DNA from: Euprymna scolopes
Taxonomy: Eukaryota
Reading direction: 5' to 3' (one strand)
Length of the DNA: 64,000 nt
Assembly (NCBI GenBank): GCA_053919585.1
Contig: CM132810.1
Below the pieces are notes generated by a model. It worked only from the letters and a program-made list of their open reading frames with translations. It was not told the origin of the DNA and did not search any database. Below are positions 60,878-64,000 of the stretch, piece by piece. The position numbers and the translations under genes were made by a program. Position 1 is the first letter of the stretch, and each line of letters begins with the position of its first letter.

Positions 60878-62525
60878 TATGAGGTGCCAGCAATAAGTTT
60901 CTAGACTTTTTCGTACGGGCACTTTTATTGCTAGTACACACATGAAACTCTAGCCTCCTTCGAAGTAATCTTCTCCAGCTGCAGTGCACTTGTACTGTTG
61001 CAGTAACTTCTGAAAGGCCACATGGAAGTCCTCTTGTGTGAGCGTATCAATTTTCATCGTCATAGTCTGATTCATCGCATAAACTGTTTCATTACTCCTC
61101 CGTAATATTTTATCATCCCTCATAGGCTCCCTACCTTTTTTGAATCTATTTTAACTCTCTATGACTTATGCATTCCAAATGAAGTCATTAATGCTATCAT
61201 GATGCTATATGAGCACACTCAAGCCATGGCCAGGTCGCCAGATGGGGACACTGAATTTTTCGACATTCGCACCGGGTTTCTACAAGGAGATACTATTGTC
61301 CCCTTTCTTTTCATTGTCTGTCTTTGCTTTGCACTTCGCACCTTTGTTGATATACACAACGCACTAGGCTTCACCCTAAATGAATCCAGAAACAGACGTA
61401 ATCAATCAGCACAAATAACTGATGCAGATTACGCAGACGATATTGCTTTGTTCGCGAAAAACACTGCTGATGCGCAAACACTGTTACGTAAGCTAGAAAA
61501 GTCTGTAAATGACATTGGTCTCCACATAAATGCGGATAAAACAAAGTTTATGACTTTCAATGTGAAAGGAGAGATCAGGGCTCTGGTTGGATCAACACTA
61601 AAAGAATTCACTGAGTTTACGTATCTGGGCAGCAGCATAGTTTCCACAGAGAGAGATATCAAAATTCGCATCTCAAAAGCATGGACCGCATTGGATGGGC
61701 TTCGTTCAGTATGGACTTCAGGACTAACTAACAAACTGAAAAGGCAGTTCTTCAGGGCAGTGGTAGAGTCTGTCCTTGTTTACGGTGCTACAACATGGAC
61801 ACTCACCAAAAGATTGGAAAGAAAACTAGACGGAACATACATCCGTATGCTACGAACAGTATTAAATATATCTTGGTAAAATCATCCCACGAAACAGCAA
61901 CTTTATGGCAACCTGCCTGCCATATCTAATACCATCAGAGAAAGACGCATACGATTTGCTGGTCTTTGTCTGAGGAGCAAGCATGAATTGGTGAGTGAGG
62001 TATTGCTATGGACTCCACGACACGGACGCGCAAGCAAAGGACGACTTAGATCCACGTACATTCAGCAAATAGTACAGGATGCCAACTGTGAACCTGAAGA
62101 TCAGAGGCAGTTGATGGAAGACAGGAAACTCTGGAGAGGAAGAGTAACATTGGTCCGGGCAAGGAGCCCGTAATGATGATAATGAGGACTTATGCTTGAT
62201 TTACGCAAAATAGTCCAAAAGCAGTCTGAAGGTTTTAATACGTTTCTGTAGCATTTTTTCAAGTTTAAAAACAATTTTATTGCATATTGTTCTCATAAAG
62301 TGTCCTCACGTTCAGATTTCATTTTTTAAATTCTACAGCTGTGACAATCAGGCTTTAGTAGAGTGTATTCCAATTCCTGCCGTAGCTATTCGTTTGAACT
62401 TGAAATCAGGAAAAAAATGATAAGTCATCTCATAAGATATATAGCAATAACATACTGAATTTTCAAGAGTTTACGACAATATGTATAAAAAAAAAGATCT
62501 GGAAACTAATTTAAAGCACCTCGTA
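60878..62525 (-). mobile_element. Non-autonomous mariner with both TIRs, interrupted by an RTE LINE
   Basis: TA-TGAGGTGC..TAAGTTTCTAGACTTTTT versus AAAAAGATCTGGAAACTAA..GCACCTCG-TA; body homologous to 57348-58320. Confidence 0.85.
61172..62186 (+). mobile_element. 5'-truncated RTE-clade LINE
   Basis: GFLQGDTIVPFLF, DADYADDIAL, GLHINADKT, FTYLGS, LVYGATTWTLTK; (TGA)n-type tail; 9-bp TSD GACTTATGC at 61163-61171 and 62187-62195. Confidence 0.93.
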
Positions 62526-63185
62526 TTTCCAAATTTTACCGCACATTTGCAAATAAAAAAAAGAATTTACACACTTCGAAAATCTTACATTATTGGAAGT
62601 AGAAGATACAGTGTATCTTGATGGGAATTACTGTTAAGATTTTTGTAAAACAAAAAAAAACAGAGCATATACTGGATTTAATTGTTGTTGTTTTTAATTA
62701 CTATTATTATCACAATCGCAAGAAGAGCAAAAATTAGGATGTAATACATCTATAACCGCTACTGTTGCTATTTCTGATAGACAACAATAGGCTGCAACGT
62801 GACAAGCGACCACTCGGTCTGTAGCGCTTAAATGTGAAATATACGAATGAAAATAAAACGTTCTTTACTATTTATGCTTTTGTGGAATTCTCTTGTTTTA
62901 CGATACACTCACTACGCACGTTTGAAAACTGAGCACACGCCTGATAGAGGGACGACATCGAGAAATATTGCATCACGGATATGCACCTGAGCACTTGATA
63001 TGAGTCAGAATATATTAAACGTAAATTATTACATTATATATATATATATATATATACTTGTTTATTGTTATATAAACATGCTTACATCCCGCTGCTACAA
63101 ATAGCCACTTGTTTCAATCAAACAACAGATATCATCAGGCAGCGACTTGACTATTCAAAAGTTCAATGAATATATATATATATAT

Positions 63186-63315
63186 AACGTTTTATTTTTA
63201 TTACCGTATCTTTCTGTTAAGTTACATTATTGTTTCAGCTACCCGGCCGTTGTTTTGGCCGTCTGTAGCTTCCTCAGACTTTTACAGAAACTGTAAAAGT
63301 CTGAGGAAACTACAG
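63186..63315 (-). mobile_element. Second copy of hammerhead family 1, with a short inverted arm
   Basis: Near-identical to 4298-4400; hammerhead at 63219-63281 (-); fold-back CTGTAAAAGTCTGAGGAAACTACAG after a 3-nt loop. Confidence 0.8.
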
Positions 63316-64000
63316 TGAATTACTTACAGCATCTATCCAGTTATGGCTTACGGAACAAGAGCACGCTACTTCCGTGGTGTAAATAAAGAGTTCCGCTCGA
63401 AATTCCGTCCAAATTCTCGAATTCGCCAGAAACATTCCCGAGTTCGACAAGATACACCTGAAGAAGGCCGGAAGTTATCTCGATCGAAACGTTGTGAAAA
63501 TCAAACCCAAGGTGGGACCAGTCGTCCGATGAATCCAAATAATACACACATACACACACACACAAACACACACACACACACATATATACTTGTATGTGTA
63601 TAATTGTACATATGTATGGACACGCATTATTGAATCAAATAAAATGAAACTGGATAGTCTGTTCAACAATAATGGCTTATTTCAGTTTGAGTCCATATGT
63701 TCATCTCTGTATTGCATTGCTTCCTATAAAACTAATTTCGTTTATATACACATATACAATGCTTCAAGAAAACTACCTAAACATTTCATGTTTTTGCTTA
63801 TTTTTTTTCTATTCGAGACATGTTTTTCTTTTCTTTTTCTCTGTTAGTTATTTTTTCTTTAGTTTATTTATTTTATTTGATTTTTTGTTTCAGATTATAT
63901 TTACCGCTTTTTGAGAGAATACTTTGATTTATTTTAACATTTCTCTCACTTCGAGAATTTAGTTAGTGTCTCTTCGATGTGTAATTTATTTCCGTTTTGT

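Noticed and set aside
62730-63015. CTGATAGA motifs as hammerhead cores
   Set aside because: Extra base in the core and no stem II/GAAA/stem III geometry.
1-64000. Conserved miRNA hairpins, and species assignment (some repeats recall octopod genomes)
   Set aside because: No known mature miRNA was recognised by eye; the taxonomic impression is from memory and cannot be verified without a search.

Overview
AT-rich animal (invertebrate-type) genomic scaffold with ten N-gaps and abundant (TA)n, (CA)n, (CT)n and (TAA)n microsatellites. No intact host protein-coding gene is recognisable. The only clearly intact host gene is a tRNA-Phe(GAA) at 50303-50375, and a decayed 5S rRNA copy lies near 18.1 kb. 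The rest is a transposon landscape: a decayed Penelope-like element (RT + GIY-YIG, inverted pseudo-LTR, 12.5-15.2 kb), 5'-truncated CR1/L2-group LINEs, an RTE LINE, R4/Dong-like fragments next to (TAA)n, mariner (DD34D) and maT (DD37D) relics, non-autonomous Helitrons, MITEs/foldbacks and a 19-bp satellite. The most interesting layer is invisible in the ORF track: at least five sequence-distinct families of small non-coding elements carry minimal type-I hammerhead ribozymes (CUGANGA-stem II-GAAAC-short, usually palindromic stem III-NUH). Two unrelated families share one design: a ~285-300 nt monomer bracketed by hammerheads, with an internal tRNA-derived Pol III A/B-box head just upstream of the ribozyme and no T4 terminator on the sense strand. 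These are candidate Pol III-driven retrozymes. Their (TA)n flanks and inverted-arm arrangements resemble the Penelope element in the window, the inferred mobiliser. All calls were made by eye, without database searches or folding software, so boundaries of decayed elements are approximate.
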